64,000 nt of DNA from Lytechinus pictus (GCF_037042905.1 NC_087246.1:56482001-56546000); one strand, 5' to 3'; shown: positions 23,470 through 38,400, counted from the stretch's first letter. Translations and numbers: made by a program. Notes: generated by a model not told the origin, from the sequence alone.

Positions 23470-26400
23470 CTGCAAAGATTTTTTTTTAAAGGAGAGAGAG
23501 AGAGAGAGAGATAAGAAAAAAATATAGGTTAGATGGAAAATATATAAATCTAACAATCTCTATTATTTATGAGAATCTAAACATTTAACACAAAAGCAAG
23601 ATACCTCTAATACAAATGAGTGTAGTTTTTTTTTTCTCTAAGACATTTTGCATAATATGACAAGGGCTGAGTAACATTTGTGTACAATTAAAAATTGGTT
23701 TATCGGATCATGCATAAGGAGCACACATCATGTCCTTTTTCAAAGGCCACAATTTCTTCAGGTGAATGTTTAAGTACTGAGGTTGTCTATCATTTGAAAC
23801 AGAGGGTCGTGGGTTAAAATCCCAGCCATGGCATAATTTCCTTCAGCAAGAAATTGATCCACAATGTGCTGCACTCAACCCAGGTGGGTGTTTCATAAAG
23901 CTGTTCGTAAGTTAAGAGCGACTTTAAGAACGACTGGTGATCCTTTCTTACGCGCAAAACCATCGCCAATGAATATACCATTCGCTATAAGAAAGGATCA
24001 CCAGTCGTTCTTAAAGTCGCTCTTAACTTACGAACTGCTTTATGAAACACCCACCAGGTGAGGTGAATGGGTATCATCTAACCATCAAAGATAGACTATT
24101 TTCATTCTAAAAATTGCATTAGAATCAGGTAGATTCTTCTTGAAAATTAATTCAAATATTGGTACTCCATTGAATTCATTTATTTCATCAGTAACAAAAA
24201 GATGTACATGTAATACAAAATTTATTCTAAAAAAGTCCAGTCCAGCCAAGAAAAATGTTGATTTGAATCAATAGGGAAAAATCGAATCGGCAAAAACCTC
24301 AAAACTTCATCAATATTGGATGTACAATAAGAAAGAACGACATTTTAAATTTTTTTTCATTTCTCACAAAACAGTCATTTGCAAATGAGAGAGTCAATGA
24401 TGTCCCTCACTCAGTATTTCTCTTTTTTTTATTGTTGGAATTATTTCAATATTTTGAGATTTGACAATAATAACAAACTTGACTGACCCGCAAAATGTTT
24501 AAACTTTAAGCTATGGCAATTCCACATGTTCGGGAGTGTCTCACATGACAATGAGAGAAATAAAATATTTCATACAATGAAATACAAAAGATATAGTGAG
24601 TGGGTGATGTCATCAGTGATCAGTCCACTCATTTGCAAACTGACCAGGATGTGTAAGTAACTGTTTTGTGAAATTAAGCAATAACTCAACAAATTCCTTA
24701 AAAATTCATAACTTTCTTATTTTACATCTGATTTTGATGAATTTCCAGTGTTATACTCGTTGGATTTTCTCCTTTTATTCAAATCAACTTTTTATTGGGA
24801 TGGACTGGTCCTGTAATATACAAATTATTTTCCGACTGATTTAACGAACTGCAGAAGTTTTCCCCAAGACGGTCCTAACCTAAAGGAACAAAAAGTACTT
24901 GACTTCACCTCTCTATACATGTCGCTTCTCCATTTAACAAGTACTATTATATTACAATCAGGTCTTTGTAGTCATTTGCTATTGTTCCCAACCCACCCTG
25001 GGGTTCCCTGTTAAGAGATTTGATACCCAAGTTGAATGCAAGTCATGCCAAGAACTGCATTGTGAGGGTACAAATGAGCAGACTCTACTACTGATTGAGA
25101 ATAGTGTACAGTATGTTCCTCAGCACATGTATTAATGGTGAAAAAATTCTAAACTTGATAGTGATTGTGAATCGTTTCGAGAATTAATCTTGATTAAAGC
25201 AAAGTCGGAGAATGGAAAGCAAAGGAAGAAACCAGGCACAAAATACGACGAAAATGAAATTTGTTGAAAAATTATAACCTTTCAGTCATATTCAGAATAT
25301 TTGAGAAATAGGGTAATTCTTCTTCACTACATTATGTACAGAGTTACATGTAATGTATAAACTTCTGCATAGAGGGGGGAAATGTAACAACAAAAATAAA
25401 ATAAAAATCAAGAATTCATGAAATTCTTTATCCAGAGAAAAACATGGGAAAATTTGTACCTCCTAGAATGTTAAAAAATAAATGAAAATGTAATCAAAGA
25501 TAATTTTCTTTATAATAAATGTGCAAAATTTTAAATTGGAATTAAGTAGGTTACATCAATATAGAATAATTTGGAATCTGGTTTTTAAAAAGAAAAAGCT
25601 GCCCCGAAAGGCTAAAAAAAATATTTAAAAAATAGGGAGAGTGGGGTAATTGAGGTCCCAGGTAAATACAGATCCAGCACATTTTGAGCATAAACATTGT
25701 CTCATAGCCGAATGCACATGGCCAGGAGCACAAACCTAGCAGAACCTAAAAAAAAATTTGAAAGTAGCATTGCCACTTTCGATGGGGCAAATAAGGCCCC
25801 TTGATAACAATGTTTAATGCCCATTAATTCAATGAAATTTATTAGTTCTCATATTTATTTTGGATAATGTAGATCTACTGTAGCCCTAGTATTAGACATC
25901 TGGGTCCCGTTTCATAAAGACTTGTTACAGTAACAAGTGCAAAATTTCTATGACAAATTTTGAATCAACCAATCAAATTGCAGGATTTCAGTAGCTTTAA
26001 ACTGTTATTGCAATTTTGTTATTATAACAAGCTACAAGCTTTATGAGATGGGACCCTGATCATGTTTCTACTGCATTCAGAAGAAAAATTGGAATTATGA
26101 AAAAGGTGGCCTTATTAACCCCACTCTCCCCTATATCATAGAGATTGCTTGGCAACATGACCATTTTGGAACATCAGGCAGATGGTTATCAGCTATTTAA
26201 TAAGAATATATATATATATTTTTCGAAGTGAAGGAACATTGTTTCAGTTAACTACCCCCTTTAAGTTCCCCTGCCACAGACCTCCTGGAGAGGAAGGATA
26301 TATTGATTATAGACTTGTGAAGTTCATGATAGAGATCTTGATCATCTTCAACAAAGACTAGGATTATCTAATCAATACAGGGCTGTGAGTGTCAATGCTT

Positions 26401-29400
26401 GCTAAAACATTCCAGAAATACAATAAGCTGAGCATAAAGGATCTCAACAGACACATAGACCTCCCTTGTGATAGTATACCGACGGTATGACCAAAGTGAC
26501 AAAAATAGCTTTCCTCTACATATTTGTCATATACACAAAACAAGTGATTCATGTTTACATCAGCACAGGTATATGCTTTGCCTTACTTATCATACAATTC
26601 TTTGCAGGATGATCACGTTTAAATTAAACTGGAAGAACACTCCAGGAATAATAAACATATCAGTATTTCACATTTTTGTTTTCATGCTACTAGGGGAAAA
26701 GGAGAGGGGAGAAGGGTGAGGGCTAAGTGGACATTTGCTCAGGCAACTTGTAGAAGTTTTCAAGCATTATTAAAAATGTTACATAGCAGAAAAATAAAAA
26801 TACACACAGCATTTCCGATACACCCAAACCCCAGGCCTAAAACTAATTACAAGCACTTAAATACTATCAATGTTCATGATCATGCCGATTGGGGGAAGAT
26901 AATCTACTTGGCAGTATACTACAATATTTTCACGAGAGACACTTGTCCACTGTCATATGTTAACCCTAAATCTCCCGGGGTATTTTGATTCTTGTCATTC
27001 CCGGGGGGGGGGGCCATTATGGCCCCCCCTTAAGATCTCGGCCGCCAATCGCGCGAGCGACGCAAAAATTTGCACGCTGGTAGTGTGCGATGTAATCTAC
27101 AAGGCTGTATGGTAAAATTTTCCAAAATAATGAAATTTTATTTTATATGAATTAATTATGCTGATTTATGCATAAATCATACTTTTTGCTCTAATTCACT
27201 AAATAAAGCTCCTAGAATGCTACTTTTTGGTAAAAATATTCTTTGTAGCATTCTTAACAATCACAATTAAAAAAAACTTCGGTTTGGAAATAAATTTCTT
27301 ATGTATTTTATTGTTTTATGAATTTCTTATGTATTTCTTTGTTTTTTTACTTTTTGTTTTTTGTTTTTTCAATGGGAATCGTTCCAGACTTAATTCTGAT
27401 CATAAACAATGCAAAATTGATTAAGTTTAATCAGTAAAAGTAGAAATAATGATACATTTATGAATTTTGGCTAAATACACAATTTGCATTGGATTTGTAC
27501 ATGAAATCACGTTTATGAGCAGTTTTGGGTCCGACATGCACTTACATAATGTTGCGTAATGTCGTAACCGCGTACCCGGGCGTCACAAATTTGGTCTCAA
27601 AATTTGCGCGAGACTTGAAAGCAAAAAGTCAGTGAGCGGCAAGGTCAAAAAATTTCGCGCAGCAGATATATCGCGAAAATTGTCGAGGGGGGGGCCATTA
27701 TGGCCCCCCCCCGGGAGAATTAGGGTTAAGAAGTATACTCACTTTCAGGATCTGCAAAGTCATCCATATATGGTGAATCCTTATACGGATCAAATAGCAT
27801 TTCTGTTTGTAGATCTTTCAGACTCTCTATAAATAGAAATGTGAAAGAGGATTATGAGTGTTAATTACAAATCATTGTATTGCCGGATGCCAATCACAAA
27901 ATCGCAAAACTATATCAGGAAGCACAGACAAGATCATACATAAAATGCAGATTTTATCTAAACAAATAGGATATACTGGGAGCTTTTAAATTCTGCAACT
28001 AAAATGACAAATCAATCAAACTGTCCCAGCCCTATTTCAATACAGGGACCCTAATCTTGAATAAGAAATAACAAATTGGAGGGTGCCAAATTGTCAAGGC
28101 TATTTATCTTTACATGACATATGAATTTAATCACAGCCAAGCACTATTATCCTGAGGCAAAAACTTTCCATCCTATACACAATCAAGTAACCGATATGCT
28201 CCGGAAATATCATCCACTTAACTTTTGTGTATTGCAGTGACTTTTAAGTATATGAGCCAACGATTAGTGTGAGAAAACGTATTACAAGAACTGATAATCA
28301 TTTGACGATATCTGGCTAAAGCTTGTAGGTATTTCCAATAGATAGATACATAGATGGGTTTTTTTTTTTAAGATAAAAACATCTTACCAGCAAAGCTGAA
28401 TTTTGATAAAATAACAAAATGTAAATTTACAGATTGTAAAGTACAGTCTGAATTTAAAAAAAAAATCACATTTTATTCAACATGAACAAAACAAATGAAA
28501 GAAAAGGACATTGATAATAAACAAGGTGTGTTATATTAGTGAACCAAAATCACATTGACCTTGACTTAATCCAAATGAATGGTGATTCAATTAACCTGTT
28601 GTAAACATACTTGTGTGTTTGTTGGCTAAAGATGCTTGATAAATAAAAATAGGCATCTGACTGTCCAGTACAACTTAATTACCCATGCATTTGCATGTTA
28701 TCTACCTATTTTGCCTAAAATCAACTAAATGAAACAAAATAAAGTCAGTGTTTGTATCGTTACATGAAGGGTCATATCGTACAAGTATGAAAATTATTAT
28801 CTACACCAACAACTGATTTGACCTTCATGTTGCAGGTTAAAGGAATCAACCCTGTGATTAAGGCAGCTTTGAAACAAGATACTGCCAGCAGGATTTTTGA
28901 CACCTCCTCTGTGAAGATACTCTTCATATCCCCATGTAATATAATGCTACAAGAAATATATCACATGCCAAATAGATGTACTGGTGACATGATAATGTGA
29001 ATGCACCAAGAAATATTAGATCATGAATCAAAAAGATTCAAAATGATTTAGTATAAATAATGTTGTGTTTGTGGTGGACCTTCGGTTTTAGAGAACGACA
29101 GCAAATGAAATTACTTTGAAAGTGGCATATAGACCAGTTCGCAGTTACCTCATGGTAGGCCAAGAGCATTAAATAGTTAGTTTGAACATGGAAATTTCTG
29201 GTAACAAGCTGATTTTTTTTTTCAGGATAGGTCCAGTAATAAGTCTAGAATAACATACTGAATATCCAAGATGGCGTCCAAAATGGCCGCCATTCAAGGA
29301 AAATGGATATAACTCACTCATTATCCAACCAAGAAATCCAATATTGGTGCATATCCCATGGTTTAGGGGGTAATAGGATCTACTGATACAGGTAAGACTG

Positions 29401-32400
29401 AACACAAGCACTACAGAGTACCTGGAAACCCAAGATGCCATCCAAAATGGCTGCCAAAGTCTTTAAAAAAATCCACAATTCATCTATTTCTTTCTTTAGT
29501 GTCTTTAATTTGGTTTGTAATCAATGGTTTTAAGGGTCAAGTAGTACATTGGGTCAAGTTAGAAAGGACAGTCAGTGGTCAATTATATCCAAAAATCCAA
29601 GATGGCTTCCAGAAATGAAGTCTACATAAATGGCTGCTCATACTTGAAAACCAAGTTTGTTTAATATACATATAAGAAATATGATTTTGGTGTCTACACC
29701 ATGATTTAAATGGTCCAATAATAATTAGGACAAGTTCAACGGACAGTCAGTGGTCAAGTATGTCCAAAAATCTAATACAGCTTCTAAAAATAGAGTCTAA
29801 TATGGCTGCTGTTACTTCCCCTGAGAGATTTTATTTTGGTGTCTAGATACAACACTCTATGAAGGTAATTGTTGCATTTCTACTTTGAATAGTTAGAATC
29901 ATAGCTGGAGCAAGCATAAGATCTAAAGTTAGCACATTATACTCTGAGTTTAAACTGCTTACTTTAGAAGAAATTACAACCTACCAGCAATGTATTTTTA
30001 TTTATCAGTGTATCAATCGGCTTATGCCTGTTAATTTTTCTGAATTGTTTGATACAGATCACAATTCATATGAATACAATACACGCTCCTCTTCTTTAAT
30101 TCATTTGCCAAGACACAGGACCTGTTCTTATCAACATAATATTCGTTTTATAGGTAAAAAAAAGTGGAACAATTTAACTACAGACATCATAAATGCATCA
30201 ACTTTAAATAACTTTAAGACAAAACTTAAGAAAAAACTTACGTCTGGTCCCTAAATTTTGTGATTTGCCTTATATATTTAGTTGTGGGATGATTGGTTTG
30301 ACGATTTATTTTCTGTTTCAAATGACATACTAGTATTTTATATAAAGTTGCCCTCCCCCTTTTCCCCCTTGTTTTGTATTGTACTCTGTTTAGGTAAGTT
30401 TCTTTCATGTACTATGTATATTTATCGTTTATGTCACGGTGCACTCATCACAAGCTGTGCTTTCTGAGTTGCTACCTCCATTGTTTTGTTCAAGTTTATA
30501 AAATGTATTGATGTTTTCATTATTGGAAAATAAATGTACTTCATTCATTCATTCATTTAATGCATTAGCAGGTTGTTATAACAATGTAGTTTGCCAACTT
30601 TTAAATACCAGTCACTAGTGGGCGCATTGTTTTTGTGGACCTCATAAAAACACAATTGAAAAAATATACAAACAATCAAGACATCAAATTTGGTGCTTAT
30701 CTCATTGAATATAATAATAATAATAATAGGCATTTATATAGCACCATCTATCTAGAAATATTCTATTCCGAGGCGCACAAGAAAAGAAAGAATAATAAAG
30801 TTTGGATGAGTGTCAATAACTAATACTGTTAAAAAAGATAAGACTTCAGTTTAGATTTGAAGGTCTCTAGTGATATTAAACCAATGACCTCCTTCTGATC
30901 ATGTGCAGAAATGGAACTCCGTATTGTAGGATATTATTTCCTTTACCTATAGTCAGTCAAATGATCACCAGACTCACAAGACAAAATGCATAGGATGGAG
31001 GGGAAGGGTGTTAAAAGAAAATTATTTCAAAGAGATAGGGCAGAAATCTGGAGAAACAAGGACAAAAGTTAAATTATATAACTCTGAGACAACACAATAT
31101 CAAATGAATGTGTTATTGGAGGGGGAAAGAAAAGGAAAGAGAGAAGAGTAATGATTACACTTATATGTTATCTTCCTTCTAATAACTGAACTGAATTAAG
31201 GATGCAATAAGGGGGCAAATGATAAGAGAAAGAAAGAGGGGGCAGGAGAGCAAAGGGAGAGTGGGAGAGCTCAAGAAAAAGGGGCAAGAGAAGAAAGAAA
31301 GAAAGAAAGGAAGGAAGGAGAGGGAAGGAGAAGAAACAATAGTGGAAGGTCTTTAAAAGGCATGGAGGGATAGAGAGACCAACATAAAGTAAAAATACAT
31401 GGCAGTGAACTAGTCTTTTAGTATGATTAGAACGAGTAACAAAGCCACTGCATTATCTTACCTGAATTAATACCACTGTTGACATTTGTTTCAGGGAGTA
31501 TAGATTCTACTATAGGAATTATAGAAACTGGGGTCGGCATGGCAACTACTGCAGGAGTGGAAGAGAGAGGGGGAGAGAGGACAAGACAGAGAGAGAAAGA
31601 GAGGGATAGGGAGAGAAGAGAAAGAGCAAGAAAGAGAGAGAGAGAGAAGGGGAAGGATTGGAAACACTTTCAGTAACATATCTTTTAATGACTTCATCTG
31701 AATTCAAAAGATTGAACAATAAGATGTGATAATAGGAGAAACAAGCAATGAACAGATAGAGAGAAAGAAGGAATCAGAGGTGATATGCAGAGAGGGGTTA
31801 TGAGTTCATCCTACCTGGGCTAGCACCATTTAAGCTCTCTTCTGCCACCTCTTCCTTCACCTTCGTATCAGTAAGCATAGGTTCCGCAGCAGGAATGATA
31901 GAGACTGGGGTAGGTGCAGCAGCCACTACTTTGGGTGGTTTGGGTTGCTGCTGCTGCTGAAGTACTACCGCTGGAGCAGCAATTGGTTGTTCTGAAAGAA
32001 TACCATGAAATTCATTATTTGACTGTATAATCATTGTAGACCAGTGCATTGCCCTCATTTAACCTTTAGTTAACAGGGGGAGGGGGTCAAATTGACAAAT
32101 ATATTAACAGATGGACATTCCCAGATCAATGTCTCCTGCAGCAATCTTCAGTAGGTGTCGAGTGAAAAATTCAATAAATGAACTTCCATGCAAAATGTTC
32201 CAATCGGTAAAATCCCTGACATAGGAAAGGACCTTGAAGATGTAAGTAAATAATAATGAAAAACACATCACAATTTGAAAGATCCTGCTACAGTTGAGTA
32301 CATCACCTGTACAAGTGTTTTACCTATTGTTTCTGCAGGTACAAGGCGACTTGCTCTAGTGGTTCTTTGGGCAGGTAAGGGTGGCTGAAGGTTATGGGGT

Positions 32401-35400
32401 GGTACTGGAACCACCACAGGACTATTGCTGGTCTCGTCCTTATTGACTAGAAGAACATATATAGGACCATTAAAACTCTTCAGATGAACCATGTATCTCT
32501 TCTGATTGTCTGGACCCTGGGATTAAAAAAAATGAAATGAAATGAATTCTTTGTAAGTTATCTTTAATTCCTCTTCTTTTTCTAAACTTTGTTTGTTCAT
32601 TCATTCATTTATTTACATTTATCAATTTACCATCATCATCGTCATCATTGTCGTCGTCGTCGTCATCGTCATCATCATCACCATTTCTTTACTTTTTCAG
32701 GGCAGATAATATTTGAAATTTAGACGTTCAGACTTTCACTCCACTCAGGAAATTGCAACCTCTCCTTCAGAACCACATATCTTACAAGAAATGCCTGGCA
32801 TTATTCTGGTTTAAGTCACCACTCCATTCACTGCCGTTCATTTCGTCAGCGGCGGTGACTTCTTTCCTCTCCCATTGACTTTGTACACAACTAGCGCACA
32901 CGCGAGAAGAGAGATGACTTATTTCAGGATAAGGCCAAATGCCTCAAATAATTAGTGTCAAGACAAAATTAAAAGAATGATCTGAATACCTGAAGTTTTT
33001 ACAAAACATGGTCATGACCCATTTAACATGCATTCAAAGAAATGAAAAATGTAATTTATTTACCCTTTCTGGTACAGGTACTTCCAACTGTGTTCCTGAA
33101 GGGGCTTGTACTGCTAGTAATGTGTCGCCTTTGAAACATCTGCATAAATCTTCATGTGTTACATACGCTAATGTAAGACGGAGTTAAAGAGAATCACTGA
33201 AAATAGAACAGACTTCTGTCGCAAGTATCACCACTATTTAGTTTACACTGATTCATCAAGGTTTATGAATATAATAAAAGCAAAAGTAACAGATTTGGAA
33301 TAATTCACTTCAAAATTACTGACTGATTATATTGTGCTACACGTATCCTTGTCATTAACACCAATACTTGAAAGCATTTTTTTTTTGCTTACATTAACAT
33401 AGAGATTAACTGCAGGACTACAAATAAACCCATGGGCATTTTCACGGTAACTGACATTACACGGCACAATGTTTTCACACCTTTCATTGTGTGTATCTCT
33501 AAAACAACAAATGATAGGAGTTTGCTTTTGATAGAGTTAATAAAGTGAACCTTGCTGTATACTCTGATACTAAGTTTTCCTATGTAACCAAATTTTTTTA
33601 CGCATCAGCAAGCAAAAATGTGTCGGTAACTGACATTACGCAAAAGGACATGCAATTTCAGGGTGTTCATTAAAATTGAAATATCTCATGTCCCTGAGTA
33701 GATAGAGTAATAATTTGAATATGTAAATATACCTCCGTTACTAGGTTAAAGATGTGTCAAAAAATTAAACAATTCGTTTTTGTCTTTTGGGGGCTATGAT
33801 AATTTTTCCACAACCATGCTGGTAACTGACATTACGGTAACTGACATTACACTTAATTTGCCATAGAGATAACACATGGAAGTCAAATGTGTGGAATCAT
33901 TGCATTGCATCTTCTGTGCAAGGCTTCACATGAAAGTGAGCTTGATGTGGAAGTATACCAGAGTTTCTAGGAACATTTCAATGAAAAAAAAAAATCTTTT
34001 TCTTAATTCCTTTCTTTGATTTGAACATTTTTATCATTACTTGTCGGTAACTGACAATACACATTAACATTTACCAGTGCTATATGATTTTCAAAGGCAT
34101 AATTTTCTTGGTACTTAAATGTAAGGCTTTTTAAAATCATAAAAGTTTCATAATACTTCACATTTTTAATTATCAAAAGATAAGAAATGTATGTTTTACT
34201 TACTCGGGGGGGGGGGGGTGGGGTCATAGCAGCTACATGTTTTCCTATAGTAATCTAATATTGCATTGGCTGTACACATGGATTTTTCTGACTATACACC
34301 CATAATATATTCATCAGTTTTATATTGACTTTTTAAACCTTTTCCTTCTCCAACCTCCCCCTCCCCTCAAAAAAGGCAAAATGAATAAGGGTCTCCTCCC
34401 ATAGACTACACGTACCCCTCCCCCGAATCTCATGCAGCCATGTAGTTTTATTGATTTCTATTCTGGTCAGTGCAAGCAATGCTTGTTCATATCTGTCCGA
34501 TTTCAATTCTCTTCATAATTTGTTTAATCATTTTCTTTGCTAATTTCTTTTTTTAGCTGTCAACAAAAAATAAACTCCAGCTTCTAAACTGAAACTGAAC
34601 TATTTGTAAATTAGAAAAAAAAAACAGTTTTAGTAGATCCATGCAACATTGATCAGAACTGTCAAATTTCACTTTTCATCTATACTTGTAAACCAAAACA
34701 AAATTGTATCACACATCCACACTACTAACAGGTATAAAAACCAGGAATTTACTTTTAGCGAGGCAATGCTCAAAAGAATCCTAGAAACTAAAAAAGGGAC
34801 CCTGGAAATCCCCTTCATCACAATGTTAAGCTTAAAAATGTTGCAGATTTAGGCAATAGGTTGGGAAAAGTACCCCTTACCCCCCCCCCCCCCCCCGAAA
34901 ACCAAACAAAAAATTGTCTGATACAAACAATTAAGTACTTGGTAAGTGCATGTACAAAACAATTTCATAGTAATTTTTTTGCACGATGGGAATGCAACTT
35001 CCTTCATAATTTTATATAGTATTCCTTGTGAACTATACCTTTTAAAAGTCAATAGCAAGCTCCTTCTGGTGTGACTTTTAAAGTGAAAGACTTAAATAAC
35101 AAGTGTACAATATTTCTTCACAAAATTGACCACATATTTGCATTTCAATATTGGTAACCAACGTTTTATCATGGTAACTGACATTACATCTCGGTAACTG
35201 ACATTACATATATTTAATGGTACCCTATGGCTTCATTGTTAATTGGTAATCTTTAATTTTGGTGTAGAAGGGAGGGGTGTTACCTAGAGAGGAAATCTAC
35301 CAAGTTTCATATAATATATCCTCTTTTCCAGGAAATGAGAAAAAAAAGTTCATGTTTTCAGTAACTGACATTACATACCATATCACATACTTCATCAATG

Positions 35401-38400
35401 TTTTTTTATCAGATGAATGAATTACTGGTGTTTCTTTCTGTGGGATTTTAAAAAGTGTTATAATAGCAAGCTAAATCACAGGCGAAAACATCATGATCAA
35501 ACCTGTTCTTTAAAAATCTGTCAAAACAAAATATGTATCAATATGCTATTTTCAACACTAATTTGTATCCACACTTTGGCAGCCATTTTGAAATAAAAAA
35601 TGACTGCCAGAGTCGGAAAAATTTGTGTCTCAGAAACTTCAGGTCTTGTTTTATTAAAAAACATAAAGCATTTGACATGAATATCAACTTGATTTTTTTG
35701 CCTCTGTGTCCATCTGTGGTGAAAATGCCCCCATAGAAAAGACATAGTACATTACATCCCTTACACAACTGTGAATTAGATTCAATGCATGATTTTTCTG
35801 ATAAAGGCAATATTGGTTGAAGAGTCTAAACTCGGAGAACTTTCATGTAGTGATGGTCTCATGGTCCACACATGAAAATGACTGCTGTAGAAATAGAAAC
35901 ATGCTCATAGTATTTTTAATGGTTTCTTTTTCTAATACCCTGATTTTTTGTTGTTGCCTATTTTTCCCCAATAATATTTGTACAAGGACTGGCAATACTC
36001 TTCATGTGACCAGTACTATAGAAGCTTCTTATAATTCAAGTCAATAAACTTCTGAGATAGTTTTAAAGACACTGTACTCAGTCAGAGCTACCTGATCTTC
36101 TTGTCAGAACTGTATACTTAATTTTTTTCCATACTTTTCAAATAACTTTTAATTTCATACATTTGAAATGGACATGGCCCGTACATAGCCACTTTCGTTG
36201 GATCACACCAAGCCCCCATTGAACACACAAGTCATCAAACCAGCAAAGGATATCTGCTATTTTCTACATCATCCGTCACATTCCTGATACTCTGTTGGAC
36301 CCTCGACCTCTGCTGGTCCAGCTCCTGCTCAATTTGGTCTAACTGAACAAGTTCTGATTTCAATTCTTCTACCCTTTCTGTGGCTTCCTTTGTATTGCTA
36401 CCTGGTCCACCTCCCCTGCACAAAGAAATGAAAACATTGAAAGATGAAAGAAAAGAAAATCCATATTTTATTGTTCGAAATAGACATGAAATGAAATAAT
36501 CTGAAAATTTTCTTTGCCCAATTAATCATGGGCCCGGCAGCCGCTGTGCAGCGCCAGATCGATGAGGCTCTATCCCTTTAATCGTTGAATGCCAAACAGG
36601 GTAGCAGCAACTCCCATCTTTTAATGTCTTTTGGTCTTACGCGGCCGGGGTTTGAACTCCCGACCTCCCAGTTGTGAGACGGACGCTCTTCCAACTGAGC
36701 CAACACACCGGTTGAGTATTATCAATCTTCTCAAAAAGACGGTACTAGACTTCCTGCAGTACTTATTTTAATAATGTAACTTAGAACAATTTTCCTTTTG
36801 AAGTATATCAATAAAAAGAGGGGTGGACTGATATTGAGGGGATAAATAAGAAATTTGAATTATCATTATTACCATAATTGAGCAAAATCACAAGGTTTAT
36901 TCTGGGGCGGTTATTCTGAACATTGTCTTTTCTCTATATTTTATCTCTTCTTAGAGATATGACAGAATTGGTATCCTGGTGGATGTCAAAATTTTTGTCA
37001 TTAAAGTTGTCATTTTTGTCTCTTCTCTATAGCGCAAACACAATAATACATAATTTCATAAACGTGCATAATCCCATTCCAAGCAAAATTATGATAAAAC
37101 TTATGACAGGGTCTAGCAGTCATAAATTTTGTCATTTCTTTTAGTACCATAATATCCCAATACCATGCCGACTGTATCATATCATGCATACAATGATACT
37201 GATTAGATTACATGTAGATTGTTAAGTTTCATTTATCATTCATGACTATTTGCAAAATATTTTTTTTCATGCTACATGTAGTTAGGCCTGACATTGTACT
37301 TCCATTTTTTCTGTTTTTCATTTTTCATCTCTCTCTCTCTCTCCTAAAAATCCTTCTCAGATTTCTGTCTCTCTGTAAAATAAAAGCATTAATATGCACA
37401 CAGTTGTTGCATTGAGGATACGCCCCATGTTTACCCGAGTCTTCGTTTTGGGTTAGGAGGGCTCCAACTCAGAACTAAGGGTGATTTTGATTGGTTTGAA
37501 TACCGATTTGTAACAATCATAGCGGTGTCACATCTCGGAGAGAAATTACAAATTTATGACAATATTTACTACAGTTTTCCATACTGCCACCCCAGGAGCC
37601 TATTTCTCACTACTTCTCATTTTAAAAAAATCATCATATAAAATGATGTGATTTGTTTCCAATTAAATCACAGAGTCACACATTTAAAAAAAATCATATG
37701 ATATGCACTGTGTTAATTTGTAAACATCTCAACTAAATGTCGGAGGCCAACCAGAATAAAAAAATAATAATTTGAATTTAAAACAAACAGGATTATTGCC
37801 ATTAGGAAATAATAGCTTTTCATTTCAGGTTGTGTACATGAAAAAAAAAGATATCCATCTCAACCAAAATAAAAACAAATATAACTGACTTACTTCCATT
37901 GAATACTGTTCTTTGATTTCTTCTCTATTAATCCAATTCCTTCAAGCACATTTGTGATGTCATATATTCTCCTCTTCTGTCGAACTGCTAATGTGTCAGC
38001 CGCCTGAGTGTATGAAAACAAAATCAATGGAAGCATTACTGAATGCTGAAAAGGGAATAGTTAAACTCTGAGAAAACAATGTTTTTAAAATGCATATTGA
38101 TTTTTTTTAATCTGTCAAAATTATGTTTCAGTTATGAAGGAGTCAAGGAGATAATGCTCTATAAAGTTCTGCCAGATGACACCTAAAGGCCACAGTTTTG
38201 TTCATCGATCTTTCTTCTCCAGGGTGTAAATGTGGGTTGTGCCAAAAATGAAAGAAATCGACATATAAGTAGCAGTCTGAATTGAGTACTCCCTATCAAC
38301 ATGAATTGCTCTTTGCAAACATGTACAAAAGTTAAATATTTAAATTCTGTGATTATGATTGAATTAAGGGAATATGTAAAAAAAAATTCTAAGTGAAAAC

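Noticed and set aside
28818-28950. Candidate extra E2F exon (ttcttgtag acceptor)
   Set aside because: The phase-1 frame hits a stop within 7 codons, and the donor is weak
31944-31958. (CAG)n poly-Gln in E2F as a counterpart of the human E2F4 poly-Ser tract
   Set aside because: Only five codons, in a different frame and an unalignable region; no evidence of homology
36630-36712. Possible tRNA gene on the minus strand
   Set aside because: Acceptor stem is not well formed and the sequence continues into a SINE body without a terminator
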